This document shows positions 37,615 to 47,305 of a stretch of DNA of 64,000 nucleotides, one piece after another. Origin of the DNA: Gemmatimonadales bacterium. GTDB taxonomy: Bacteria > Gemmatimonadota > Gemmatimonadetes > Gemmatimonadales > GWC2-71-9. Where the stretch lies: assembly GCA_036501385.1 (NCBI GenBank), contig DASYAK010000013.1:21023-85022 (forward strand), written 5' to 3'. Both the position numbers and the translations under genes were made by a program. The notes beneath the pieces were generated by a model. That model was not told the origin of the DNA. It saw nothing but the letters and a program-made list of their open reading frames with translations, and did not search any database. How positions within the stretch are numbered: position 1 is the first letter of the stretch; every line of letters begins with the position of its first letter.

Positions 37615-39840
37615 GTGCTGGGCATGGTCATGGCGCTAGCGCTGCTTGGTGAGTCCGCCCACGCCCAGGGTCCGATCGAGCGTGCCGTACTGCGGCAGTG
37701 GCGCGACTCCCTCGAGACGATCGACGACACCACCGCGCTCGAGGCGATCGAAGCCGCCCAGATCGACGCTGCACGCCAGGACCGCAACAATACGATGCGA
37801 CACCTGCGGCTCGGCTACCTCTCGTTGCGCCTCGCAGAGCTCACCACTGGCGCATCGCGCGCCGACGATGCCGCTGGCGAATTCCAGTGGGCCACCGAGT
37901 TGCAGCCAACCTGGCCCTTTCCCTGGTACGGACTCGGCGAAGCCGAACTTCTCGAGGCAGACCGGACCCGCGATGCGGTCAAGTTGCTATTCATGGTGTG
38001 GGGCCACGACATGTTTGGCGCTCCCGCTCGTCATATCGCCCGCAGTGCGGAAGTCGATTCGACCTTCATCGAGGGAGTCCTCGATATTGGCGAGGAGGCA
38101 CTGCGGCGCGGAATCCCCGCCCACCTCACTACCGCGCTCGGAGTGGTCCGCGAGATCGCGGCGTCGCCGGTGGCGCACAACCCGGCGGTTCTCCTGCTGC
38201 GCGGGCGCGTCGAACGTGAAACCGGAGATGTCGATTCGGCCATTGCGGCGTTCCGCGCGCTGACCGAGCGGCCAGGAACCCACGCCGCCGGTCTCTTCGA
38301 ACTCGGGCGCACCGAACTCATCGCGGGCCGGATCGCGGGGGTCGAGCCATGGTATGCGGGCCTCGCCGTCGCCGACACCGCGACGCTCGCGATGTATCGC
38401 TTCGATCTGTCGCTCGTGATGCCGGACACGATGATGCATTCGTTCGACGTGGCGCGGCCCGCGGCACGCGTGGCGCTGGTCCGGAACTTCTGGGACAGTC
38501 GCGATCCGGATGCTGTCGATGCCGGCCCTGATCGACTCCGCGAACATTATCGCCGGATCGATTACTCTCGCCGGCATTACCCCCTGGCGGCAGGGCGCCA
38601 CCGGTACGACTCGCTCCCGATCTACGATCCAACCGGCTCGCAGTTCGACGATCGTGGCCGCATCTATGTGCGTCACGGCGAGCCCGATGACCGCGCGACA
38701 TTGTCGATGATCGGACTGCCGCCCAATGAAAGCTGGGTCTATCGCCACCCCGGCGGCGACCTCCTCTTTCATTTCGCCAAGCCGGATAGTGCCGCCGGAT
38801 GGCGTCTGTACGAGAGCCTGCTGGACATCGCCGGACTGGGTGCCGCGGCCCAGCGCACCGGGCAGGGCAACGTGCGCGCCCGTCTCGAAGGCGGCGGCAT
38901 GATGGAGACCTACGGTGCGGGGTGGACCGCCCGGGCCGCGGAGGAACTCCTCTACTCACGGGAGAAACTCTCGCCCGTATATGGGCAGATGCTCTCGGCA
39001 GGACCGTCCGGCGCCCGCTCCACACAGGTGAGCGAGCGATCGGAGGGGCGCAGGAGCATCAAGGTCGGCCTGCAGACCGACAGCTGGAAGATGGGATATG
39101 AATTGCCGCTCACCGCGACGGTTGACGTTCTCGCTGTCGGATCCATTGGGTCGGCGCCCGAACTTCAGGTTGTCTTCGCCATTCCCGGCACATCGCTGTA
39201 CGCGCCACCATCGACCGGGCGAGTCGTCTATCCGATTCGCACGCGCGTCTCGGTCAAGAACGCCGCCGGCGAGACCATCGCCGCGGTCGATACCACCCGG
39301 AACTTCGTCGCCCCGGGTCCGATACCTGACGCGGACAATCTGCTCGGGCGGCTGCCGATCAGCGTGCCGCCGGGCGATTATGTCGTGCGCGTCGCGGTCG
39401 AGACACCGGGGCGCGGAGTCGTCGCGCAGCCCCACACCGTGCACGTCGCCTCGTTCGCCGCGCCCACGATGACCCTCTCGGATCTCGCGCTCGGCGCCCG
39501 CAGCGTGCCGCTTCCCTGGGCCACCGGCGCGAGCGATACCGCGTGGATCAATCCACTGCACACATTCAGGGTCTCGGAACCGGTGGAACTCTTCTTCGAA
39601 GTTGGAGGAGTGGCCCAGGGCGCACCGTATCACGCCGAGTACCGGATCTTCCGCTCGGGTCACCAGGACGCGGTGCTCGATCTGGGTTTTGACGGTGCGG
39701 CCACCGGCGTTCCCAACCGGGTGCATCGCGAACTCGACATCGGTCGTCTCGGAACGGGCGCCTACACGCTGGAGGTGACCGTCAGCTCTCCATCGGGTGA
39801 GAAGGCCGTCAGGCGGCGCGCGTTCACGGTGATCAAGTGA
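37615..39840 (+). CDS. secreted GWxTD-like domain protein, paralogue 2 of 4
   Basis: 741 aa with a GTG start and a signal peptide ending AHAQ. It has the same motif order as paralogue 1 (DDRGRIYVRHGEPDD, NESWVYRHPGGDLLFHF). Confidence 0.6.
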   Translation: MLGMVMALALLGESAHAQGPIERAVLRQWRDSLETIDDTTALEAIEAAQIDAARQDRNNTMRHLRLGYLSLRLAELTTGASRADDAAGEFQWATELQPTWPFPWYGLGEAELLEADRTRDAVKLLFMVWGHDMFGAPARHIARSAEVDSTFIEGVLDIGEEALRRGIPAHLTTALGVVREIAASPVAHNPAVLLLRGRVERETGDVDSAIAAFRALTERPGTHAAGLFELGRTELIAGRIAGVEPWYAGLAVADTATLAMYRFDLSLVMPDTMMHSFDVARPAARVALVRNFWDSRDPDAVDAGPDRLREHYRRIDYSRRHYPLAAGRHRYDSLPIYDPTGSQFDDRGRIYVRHGEPDDRATLSMIGLPPNESWVYRHPGGDLLFHFAKPDSAAGWRLYESLLDIAGLGAAAQRTGQGNVRARLEGGGMMETYGAGWTARAAEELLYSREKLSPVYGQMLSAGPSGARSTQVSERSEGRRSIKVGLQTDSWKMGYELPLTATVDVLAVGSIGSAPELQVVFAIPGTSLYAPPSTGRVVYPIRTRVSVKNAAGETIAAVDTTRNFVAPGPIPDADNLLGRLPISVPPGDYVVRVAVETPGRGVVAQPHTVHVASFAAPTMTLSDLALGARSVPLPWATGASDTAWINPLHTFRVSEPVELFFEVGGVAQGAPYHAEYRIFRSGHQDAVLDLGFDGAATGVPNRVHRELDIGRLGTGAYTLEVTVSSPSGEKAVRRRAFTVIK

Positions 39841-42068
39841 GCCCACGAGGACCGATCGCCTTCGCCCTTGTCGCGATGGTGCTGCATCGGTCGGCGGCAC
39901 AGACGCCTGTCGACCGGATTGCCGTGAATGCCTTCCGCGATTCGCTGCGAACAATCGCTGACACAGCCAGGCTCGGCACGATGGAGCGTCGGGAACATCT
40001 GGTGCTGCGGGCCCATCCTCGTGACGACGTCGAGCGCCTCCGTCTCGGCTTTACGCAGCTCCGTTACGGTGAGCTGGAACAAGAACACGACGATTTCAGG
40101 GAAGCCGGCGCGACCTTCGACGCAGTGACCGAGGCGCGAGGAGACTGGCCGCTCGCATGGCTCGGTCGGGGCCTGGCGCAGCTCAACATCGTCGACAATC
40201 AATCGGCGCTCGCGAACACTGTCGCCGGGTTCTTCAGCGGCGATCCGGTAGCCGATGCCGCGTCGAAGTTTGAACGGTGCAGCGACCTTGATCCAGGCGA
40301 TTCTGCCGCGCTGCTCACGCTCGCGTCAATCGCACTGGCGGACTATCACCCGGTATCACTCCGCGCCGCACTGCTGGCGCTACGACACGCCGCTGGCCGG
40401 CCGGTGGCTGCGAACCCTGCCGTGGCGCTGGACCGGGTGCGCATCGAACGGGTCGCGGGGAGTGCTGATTCTGCGCGAGCGCTGGCGGCGGCGCTGCTGA
40501 CCCGCGAGCCGGACGATCCCGCGACCCTGCTCGAGTCGGGCCGCGCGGCGTTCATTGAGGGCGACGATCGCGGCGCCAACGACTGGTTTCGCGGCCTCGC
40601 CGCCGCCGACAGCTCAGTCGTCCTCCTGTATCGCGCCGACCTCGCCGGGCTTCTCCCGGATTCGCTGCTGCGGCGATTCGAGCGGAGTGACAATGCCGGC
40701 CGGATCGCCCTGTTGCAGCGGTTTCTGGAGGTCGACGAGTTCGGCCAGCCGCGCGCGGCGGCGGCACGACTGCGCGAACACTATCGCCGGCTGGATCATG
40801 CGCGCATCGCCTTTGCGCGACCGACGCCGCGCTACCTCGGCGACATGGCCCCGGGGTTCCACCCAACCGGACGCGAGATGGACGAGCGTGGCTTGGTCTG
40901 GGTTCTCCATGGTCCGCCTGACGATCACACCTATCTCAACCTGATGGGCGCACCGCCGAATGAGACGTGGCATTACAAGGGGGACGACGGTGGTGAGCTC
41001 CTGTTCAACTTCATCCGTACCGATTCGACGGGATATCGCCGGGTGTCGAGCATCTTTGATGTCCTGGCCATGACCACGCCTCTGCGGGCGACCGGTCAGA
41101 GCGACGTGAAGGCGATGGCGGCGCGCGGCGAGGCGGTAGCGACGTATGGCGCGAGCTGGACGGCGCAAACGGTGCAGGAGATGCTCTACTCGCGGGAGAA
41201 CACCAGCCCGACCTACGCAAAGATGCTCTCGCAAGGAAAGCGCGGCGCGCTGGAATTGCAGCAGCAGGAACGCATCACCGGTGACAGCAGCATTGCTCAC
41301 GGCGAGAGCCGCGCCGTGAGCTACGAGCTGCCGCTCGAGGCACAAGTCGATGCTGTTGCGGTGAGCCGCGACGCGGGAGGAACGTTATTGCATCTGTCCT
41401 TTGCGATTCCGGGGACATCGCTCTACGCCGCGCCTGGCACCGGACCCGTCGTCTACGCGGTGCGGCTACGGGTGTCGGTGCTGCGCCAAGGGAGCGGCGA
41501 AGTTGTCGTGGCGATCGACACGCTGCGCCACTTCGTTGCGAAGCAGGCGATCGGGCCCGAGGGCGAACTCGTCGGACAGCTCCCGATTCATGTTCCCCCT
41601 GGCGATTACTCGGTGCGCGCCGTCGTGGAGACGCCGGGCCGCGGTGTGGTCGTTCCGCGTCAAGTCGTGCGCGTTGCGGCCGACGATGGAACGGCGCTCG
41701 ACCTTTCCGATGTGGCACTCGGGACGCGAAGTGTCCCGCTGCCGTGGCGGACCGGCCGCGGCGACACGGTCTGGGCCAACCCGCTGCGCACCTTTCATCG
41801 CACCGAGGCGATGCAGCTGTACTTCGAGGTCGCAGGAGTTGCCTCCGGGACGAAGTATCACGCATTCCTGGCGGTTTATCGTAAAGGCGCAGACAAGCCA
41901 GCGATTCGCCTCGGCTTCGCTCCGACGGCGTCGTCGGCACCGGACGTGGTGCAGCGCGACGTGGATATCAGCGGGCTCGGGCCGGGGGACTATCGGATGG
42001 AGGTTGCCGTGACCACTGCCGATGGCGCGCGGGCGACGCGACAGCGGGAGTTCACGGTACTCAAGTGA
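39837..42068 (+). CDS. secreted GWxTD-like domain protein, paralogue 3 of 4
   Basis: 743 aa. The GTG start overlaps the paralogue 2 stop (GTGA). The signal peptide ends SAAQ. Motifs include DERGLVWVLHGPPDD and NETWHYKGDDGGELLFNF. Confidence 0.6.
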   Translation: MSPRGPIAFALVAMVLHRSAAQTPVDRIAVNAFRDSLRTIADTARLGTMERREHLVLRAHPRDDVERLRLGFTQLRYGELEQEHDDFREAGATFDAVTEARGDWPLAWLGRGLAQLNIVDNQSALANTVAGFFSGDPVADAASKFERCSDLDPGDSAALLTLASIALADYHPVSLRAALLALRHAAGRPVAANPAVALDRVRIERVAGSADSARALAAALLTREPDDPATLLESGRAAFIEGDDRGANDWFRGLAAADSSVVLLYRADLAGLLPDSLLRRFERSDNAGRIALLQRFLEVDEFGQPRAAAARLREHYRRLDHARIAFARPTPRYLGDMAPGFHPTGREMDERGLVWVLHGPPDDHTYLNLMGAPPNETWHYKGDDGGELLFNFIRTDSTGYRRVSSIFDVLAMTTPLRATGQSDVKAMAARGEAVATYGASWTAQTVQEMLYSRENTSPTYAKMLSQGKRGALELQQQERITGDSSIAHGESRAVSYELPLEAQVDAVAVSRDAGGTLLHLSFAIPGTSLYAAPGTGPVVYAVRLRVSVLRQGSGEVVVAIDTLRHFVAKQAIGPEGELVGQLPIHVPPGDYSVRAVVETPGRGVVVPRQVVRVAADDGTALDLSDVALGTRSVPLPWRTGRGDTVWANPLRTFHRTEAMQLYFEVAGVASGTKYHAFLAVYRKGADKPAIRLGFAPTASSAPDVVQRDVDISGLGPGDYRMEVAVTTADGARATRQREFTVLK

Positions 42069-42072
42069 CGCT

Positions 42073-44379
42073 GTGGGTTACTCTCCTGGCGCAGGTACCG
42101 CACTTCTCCTCTCGGTGACCGCGGTGGCGATCGCGGCCCCGATCGCCGCGCAGACACCCGCCCAGCGACTGGCACTGCGGTACTTCCGCGACTCGCTGCA
42201 GCTGGCGCAGGATACCGTGCCGCTACACGACCTCGAAGTCCGCGGCATCGCCACCGCTCGCGTCGATCGGGACAATGCGATCGTCCATCTGCGACTCGGC
42301 TTCCTCGCACTTCGTATCGACGACCTGAGTGGAAACCACCGCAGGATCGACGACGCCGAGAGCGAGTTCCAGTGGGCGACGGAATTGCGGCCCGGATGGC
42401 CGTATCCGTGGTTCGGCCTGGGTCTGGCTCTCGCGCGCGCGCCCAACCGGGCGTCGGGATTTGCCGGTGGTCTCTGGACGATGCTCGGGATCGATCGCGA
42501 CGCGCGCGCCGGGCAGGCCTTTGCGCGCTCGATTCGCGCCGACCCTTCGTTCGTTGACGGCGTTGCTGCCTTTGCAGAGACGGCGCTCGATCAACGACTC
42601 GCCGCGCCGGTTGACGCAGCGCTCAATGCGCTCCGCCTGGTGCAGGCATCGCCGCTGGGCTGGGATCCGAATCTCCTGCTCGATCGCGGCCGGCTCGAAC
42701 GTCTCGCCGGCCACGCGGATTCGGCTCGCCTCGCATTTCAGCGAGCGCGAATGCTCTCGCCCGATCCGGCGATGGCCGATCTGGAACTGGCGCGAACCCT
42801 TCCGCTCACCGCGGACACGCTTGCGGCGGAGCCCGGTCAGCCGGCACCGCTCGAATCGGCGTATTACGCCGCCGCGGAGAGCGACGATCCCGATGTCGTC
42901 GCGGGATGTCGCCGCGACCTGCATCCGATCGCGCCCGATTCGACGCTGCGGCGGTTCGATGCGGTTCACGGTGCGGCACGCGTTGCCTGGCTCAAGACCT
43001 TCTGGGAGGAACGAGCCGCACCGGACCTGCGAAGCCCGGCGGCGCGGCTGGCGGAACACTTTCGCCGCTGGGATTACGCCGAGCGGCACTTCCGGCTGCC
43101 GCCATTTCATCGCGTCTATCAGTGGGGAATCGAGGTGTATCAGAGTCACGATCCTGACCTCGACGACCGCGGCATCATCTGGATCCGTCATGGCGCGCCA
43201 TCGGTGCGGATTGTCTGGCCGGTGTCACAGCCGCGCGCTCCCCCGCCGGCTCCCACGACGATTTTCTACATTCCGCCACCGCGGCCAGGTTCCCTTCTCA
43301 TCGATCCGCCGGTCGGCGATCAGCCGACGTTCGGCAACGAGACCTGGAGATATCGTCAGCCTGACGGTGACCTCGTCCTGCATTTCGCAGCCAATGAAGA
43401 ACCCGATGATTACCGGTTGATCGAAGGCGTGATGCAACTCGACGTTGGTTACGACGCCCTGGCCGAACGCGAAGGCGATCTTCCCGGTCTCTCCGAGTTG
43501 CTCCACTCCGGTCCGGTGACGCGCGGCATCCTGGCTGAGCGCGACCGGGTGTCGGGAAAGCAGAACATCGCTCGTGCCACCACGACCACCTCCTGGCCGC
43601 GCCGCTATCGAATCACCCTCGGCGGCAGGGCCGAGTGGCTGGCGGCCGGGGTCAAGGATTCGAACGCACTGGTGCACATCATCTTTGCGGTGGACGCGGC
43701 GATGCTCCGCCGGCTTCCCGGCGACCACCGCAACGGCACCGTGCCGATCACGCTGCGCGCCGCATTTGTCGATCGCGCCGGAAACCCGGTCGCGACCCTC
43801 GACACCGTCGAGGTCGTCCGTCAACCCGCGGCGTCGGCCTTCCTTGTTGCGTCGCGCGCCGAGATACCGGTGCCGGCCGGCGCGTACCGGATGCGGCTCA
43901 ACGTCGAGGCGAATCCGCAGGTCGGTGTCGTTTTTCCGCTCGATTCGCTCGACGTACCTGCCGTGCGCGGCGCCGACCTGGCGCTGTCGTCCATCCTGCT
44001 CGGTGTTCCGGGAAAGGTTCTCCCGTGGGTGGCGACACCGGGCGATACCATCTGGATCTCCCCGGACAATATTTATCGCCGCGGCGACACGATGGCGGTC
44101 TTTTTTCAGCTCTATGGCGTCCATCGGGGCGAGTCATATACCGTGCAGCTCGGGCTCCGGCGCCAGCGGAGTTTTCTCTCCCGGCTCATGGGCTCGGCCG
44201 ATGAGTCGGTGATCCTTCGCGAAGAGCTGCATTTTCCCGGTCCCACGGCCGAAATCCGGCGGGCCATTGCCCTGGATGGAGTGGCGGCGGGGAAGTACCA
44301 GCTGGAACTGGTGGTGAGCGGGAACGGGTCGCGGCTGGTCCGTCGGCGGGGCGTGATTGTGGAGAACTCCAGTAAATGA
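42073..44379 (+). CDS. secreted GWxTD-like domain protein, paralogue 4 of 4 (with Pro-rich insertion)
   Basis: 768 aa if translation starts at the GTG at 42073, which gives the signal peptide (M)GYSPGAGTALLLSVTAVAIAAPIAAQ, 4 nt after the paralogue 3 stop. The ORF-track start at 42022 would overlap paralogue 3 by 47 nt. Motifs are DDRGIIWIRHGAP, a Pro-rich insert, then NETWRYRQPDGDLVLHF. Confidence 0.6.
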   Translation: MGYSPGAGTALLLSVTAVAIAAPIAAQTPAQRLALRYFRDSLQLAQDTVPLHDLEVRGIATARVDRDNAIVHLRLGFLALRIDDLSGNHRRIDDAESEFQWATELRPGWPYPWFGLGLALARAPNRASGFAGGLWTMLGIDRDARAGQAFARSIRADPSFVDGVAAFAETALDQRLAAPVDAALNALRLVQASPLGWDPNLLLDRGRLERLAGHADSARLAFQRARMLSPDPAMADLELARTLPLTADTLAAEPGQPAPLESAYYAAAESDDPDVVAGCRRDLHPIAPDSTLRRFDAVHGAARVAWLKTFWEERAAPDLRSPAARLAEHFRRWDYAERHFRLPPFHRVYQWGIEVYQSHDPDLDDRGIIWIRHGAPSVRIVWPVSQPRAPPPAPTTIFYIPPPRPGSLLIDPPVGDQPTFGNETWRYRQPDGDLVLHFAANEEPDDYRLIEGVMQLDVGYDALAEREGDLPGLSELLHSGPVTRGILAERDRVSGKQNIARATTTTSWPRRYRITLGGRAEWLAAGVKDSNALVHIIFAVDAAMLRRLPGDHRNGTVPITLRAAFVDRAGNPVATLDTVEVVRQPAASAFLVASRAEIPVPAGAYRMRLNVEANPQVGVVFPLDSLDVPAVRGADLALSSILLGVPGKVLPWVATPGDTIWISPDNIYRRGDTMAVFFQLYGVHRGESYTVQLGLRRQRSFLSRLMGSADESVILREELHFPGPTAEIRRAIALDGVAAGKYQLELVVSGNGSRLVRRRGVIVENSSK

Positions 44380-44516
44380 TAGATTTGTGATGTGACTCCC
44401 CATCCGGCCGATAGTTGCTGGCGATTCTCCCGCATTGCCGCGTACCCCCGCTTTTCCTACCTTGGAACTCCCTACGCTGTCCCTCGTTCAACCTTGGGCA
44501 TTTGAAGGATCAGATC

Positions 44517-47078
44517 ATGAGCACCGCTGCCTCGCGAGGCGCAGTCGAGCTGTCGCCGAATGCGATTACCGTCCTCGAAAAGCGCTATCTCGTCAAGGAC
44601 GAAGCGGGCCTTCCTGCCGAACGCCCCGAGGATCTCTTCTGGCGAGTGGCCACGACGGTCGCGGCCCCCGACGCCAAGTACGGAGCGTCGCAGGGCGCGG
44701 TGACGGAATTGGCGCGCGCGTTCTACGACCTGATGGCGCAACGGCTCTTCATGCCCAATTCACCGACGCTGATGAACGCCGGTCGTCCCCTCGGCCAGCT
44801 GTCGGCGTGTTTCGTCCTGCCGGTCGATGACACGCTGTCCAACGGTGAGAGCGGGATCTACGACACCCTGCGCTCGATGGCGCTGGTGCATCAATCGGGC
44901 GGCGGCACCGGCTTCTCGTTCTCGCGACTGCGCGCGCGCAACGACATCGTCCGCTCCACCATGGGCGTGGCGTCGGGGCCGGTGTCGTTCATGTCGCTCT
45001 ACGATTCGTCGACCGATGTCGTCAAGCAGGGCGGGACGCGCCGCGGCGCCAACATGGGGATCCTCCGCGTCGATCATCCCGATATTCTCGACTTCATCGA
45101 GTGCAAGAGCGACACGACCAAGATCACCAACTTCAACATCTCGGTGGCGATCACCGACGCATTCATGCAGGCGCTCGCCGCCGACGAGCAGTACGACCTC
45201 GTCGATCCGCGCACGTCACAGGTGACCGGGCGGCTCAGCGCCTCGACAATCTGGCAGATGATCATTCATGGTGCCTGGAAGACCGGTGAACCGGGCGTCT
45301 TCTTCATCGATCGCGCCAATCATTACAACCCGGTGCCGCATCTCGGATCGTACGAGGCGACCAACCCCTGCGGCGAACAGCCGCTGCTGCCGTACGATGT
45401 CTGCAACCTCGGATCGATCAATCTTGGTGCGTTCGTCACCCCGCAGAACGACATCGATTGGGAGCGGTTGCGCCGGGTCGTGCAGTTGACCACGCACTTC
45501 CTCGAAAACGTCATCGACGCGAACCACTATCCGCTCCCCGAAATCACCGCACTCGCCCAGCGGATCCGGCGCATCGGGCTCGGCGTGATGGGGCTTGCCG
45601 ATCTCTTCGTCCGGGTCGGCGTGCCGTACGATTCCGAGGAAGCGGTCAACCTCGGTCGCGAGCTGCAGCAGTTCGTCGACGACGAAGCGAAGAACGAATC
45701 GGAGCGCCTCGCCACGCTGCGCGGTGTCTTCCCCGAATGGGAGCGCAGCATCTGGGGCCCCGATGCCACGTGCGCCCGTGACGCGCAGGGGAATCGCATC
45801 CGCCCGATGCGCAAGTTGCGCAACTGCAACGTCACGACCGTGGCGCCGACCGGCACGATCTCGATCATCGCGAGCTGTTCGTCGGGAATCGAGCCGCTCT
45901 TCGCCGTCGCGTTCATGCGCAACCAGGCCGGCGTTCTCATGCCCGACGTCAACGAGGACTTCGTTGCGATCGCAAAGCGCGAGGACTGGTACAGCGCCGA
46001 CCTGATGCGCCGCATCGCCGAGCATGGGCACATCAATTTCGACGAAGTGCCGGCACGCTGGCAGCGTGTGTTCGTCACCGCCAACCAGATCGCGCCCGAG
46101 TGGCACATCCGGATGCAGGCCGCGTTCCAGGAATACAACGACTCGGCGATTTCGAAGACCTGCAACTTCGCCAACGACGCCACCGAAGAGTACGTCGAAC
46201 AGATCTATCGGCTCGCCTACGAACTCGGCTGCAAGGGCGTCACCGTCTACCGCGACGGATCGCGTGACATGCAGGTGCTCTCGACTGGGTCGACGGCCAA
46301 GAAGGTTCACGAACAGGCCACGACGAGCGGCAAGTCCGAGGCGCGGAGTGACCTGGTCATGGCGACCGGTGAGTTCCCGGCGAGCAGCCCCGAGTTGAAC
46401 GCCCGCGTCGCGGCTGCCGATCAGGCGGCGCATGCCGTCGAGCTCGAGGCTGAGGTGGCGCAGCTCAAGCAGATGGTGCATGAACTCGAAAGCGAAAACC
46501 TGCAGCGTCGTCAGAAGCGGTCGCGGCCCGAACTCCTCCGTGGATCGACGCGCCGGGTCTCGACGCCGCTGGGTGATCTCTACGTCACGATTACCGAGGA
46601 CGACCGGGGCCAGCCATTCGAAGTCTTCATGTCGCTCGGCAAGGCCGGTGGCGCGCTCATGGCTGATGTCGAAGCGGTTGGCCGGTTGATATCGCTCGCG
46701 CTGCGCTCGGGCATCCCTCTCACGGCGATCCATCGCCAGTTGCGCGGCATCTCGTCCGATCGCGCTATCGGACTGGGCCCAAGCAAGGTGATGTCGGTCC
46801 CGGATGCCGTCGGCATCGCCCTGGAGAAGTACGCCGCCGACAAGCAGGGAGTGCAGCAGGAACTTCTCAACCTGCGCAGTGCCCCGCCGGCTGACGCGAT
46901 GTCGTCGAGTGATGTCGCGGCCCCGCCTGCCGCGATCATCGCCGATGGTGGCGAGCAGATGATTCTCGGCGGGACGCAGGAAACACTGGCCGGCGCCTGC
47001 CCCGATTGTGGATCGCAGCTCGAATACGCAGAAGGGTGCGCCAAGTGCCATGTGTGCGGCTTCTCGGAGTGCGGCTGA
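44517..47078 (+). CDS. nrdJ: class II (adenosylcobalamin-dependent) ribonucleotide reductase
   Basis: 853 aa from the ATG at 44517. Motifs are ITVLEKRYL, NSPTLMNAG, NPCGEQPLLPYDVCNLGSINL and VYRDGSR. The C-terminal Zn ribbon is CPDCGSQLEYAEGCAKCHVCGFSEC. Confidence 0.9.
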   Translation: MSTAASRGAVELSPNAITVLEKRYLVKDEAGLPAERPEDLFWRVATTVAAPDAKYGASQGAVTELARAFYDLMAQRLFMPNSPTLMNAGRPLGQLSACFVLPVDDTLSNGESGIYDTLRSMALVHQSGGGTGFSFSRLRARNDIVRSTMGVASGPVSFMSLYDSSTDVVKQGGTRRGANMGILRVDHPDILDFIECKSDTTKITNFNISVAITDAFMQALAADEQYDLVDPRTSQVTGRLSASTIWQMIIHGAWKTGEPGVFFIDRANHYNPVPHLGSYEATNPCGEQPLLPYDVCNLGSINLGAFVTPQNDIDWERLRRVVQLTTHFLENVIDANHYPLPEITALAQRIRRIGLGVMGLADLFVRVGVPYDSEEAVNLGRELQQFVDDEAKNESERLATLRGVFPEWERSIWGPDATCARDAQGNRIRPMRKLRNCNVTTVAPTGTISIIASCSSGIEPLFAVAFMRNQAGVLMPDVNEDFVAIAKREDWYSADLMRRIAEHGHINFDEVPARWQRVFVTANQIAPEWHIRMQAAFQEYNDSAISKTCNFANDATEEYVEQIYRLAYELGCKGVTVYRDGSRDMQVLSTGSTAKKVHEQATTSGKSEARSDLVMATGEFPASSPELNARVAAADQAAHAVELEAEVAQLKQMVHELESENLQRRQKRSRPELLRGSTRRVSTPLGDLYVTITEDDRGQPFEVFMSLGKAGGALMADVEAVGRLISLALRSGIPLTAIHRQLRGISSDRAIGLGPSKVMSVPDAVGIALEKYAADKQGVQQELLNLRSAPPADAMSSSDVAAPPAAIIADGGEQMILGGTQETLAGACPDCGSQLEYAEGCAKCHVCGFSECG

Positions 47079-47178
47079 CGGAATGAGTCGCGTGTCGCCC
47101 TGACGTTTGTCACCCTGAGCAAAGCGAAGGGGCGGAGCTCAACGGCGAAGAGATCCGCACAGTTCGGGCGACCCGCCC

Positions 47179-47222
47179 ACCACAACGGGGACTCCGTCTC
47201 GCGGCGGGGCCCCCGTTGTGGT
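47179..47222. terminator. GC-rich hairpin downstream of nrdJ
   Basis: There is a 12-bp stem, ACCACAACGGGG (47179-47190) with CCCCGTTGTGGT (47211-47222), and a 20-nt loop. No U-tract follows. Confidence 0.35.
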
Positions 47223-47305
47223 ATCACCCGACGACGATGGATCTCGATGTGGCCCGTGGCCGCAGGTGTCACATCCCAACGTCGTCCACCGCTCAGGACA
47301 CCTCG

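Noticed and set aside
42022-42072. ORF-track start of paralogue 4 at 42022
   Set aside because: It would overlap paralogue 3 by 47 nt and add a non-signal-like N-terminus (MARGRRDSGSSRYSSDA). The GTG at 42073 gives a proper signal peptide, as in the other three paralogues.
44380-44516. NrdR boxes or a cobalamin riboswitch in the nrdJ leader
   Set aside because: The 137-nt leader is too short for a B12 riboswitch, and I could not find a B12-box-like core. I saw no pair of 16-bp NrdR-type palindromes. Promoter hexamer guesses (TTGTGA...GATAGT) have poor spacing.
46285-46530. Possible intein or inserted domain in nrdJ
   Set aside because: The extra segment between VYRDGSR and the C-terminal module is a charged, coiled-coil-like linker (ELEAEVAQLKQMVHELESENLQRRQKR). 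It has no intein splice-junction motifs, and the catalytic NPCGEQ region is uninterrupted.
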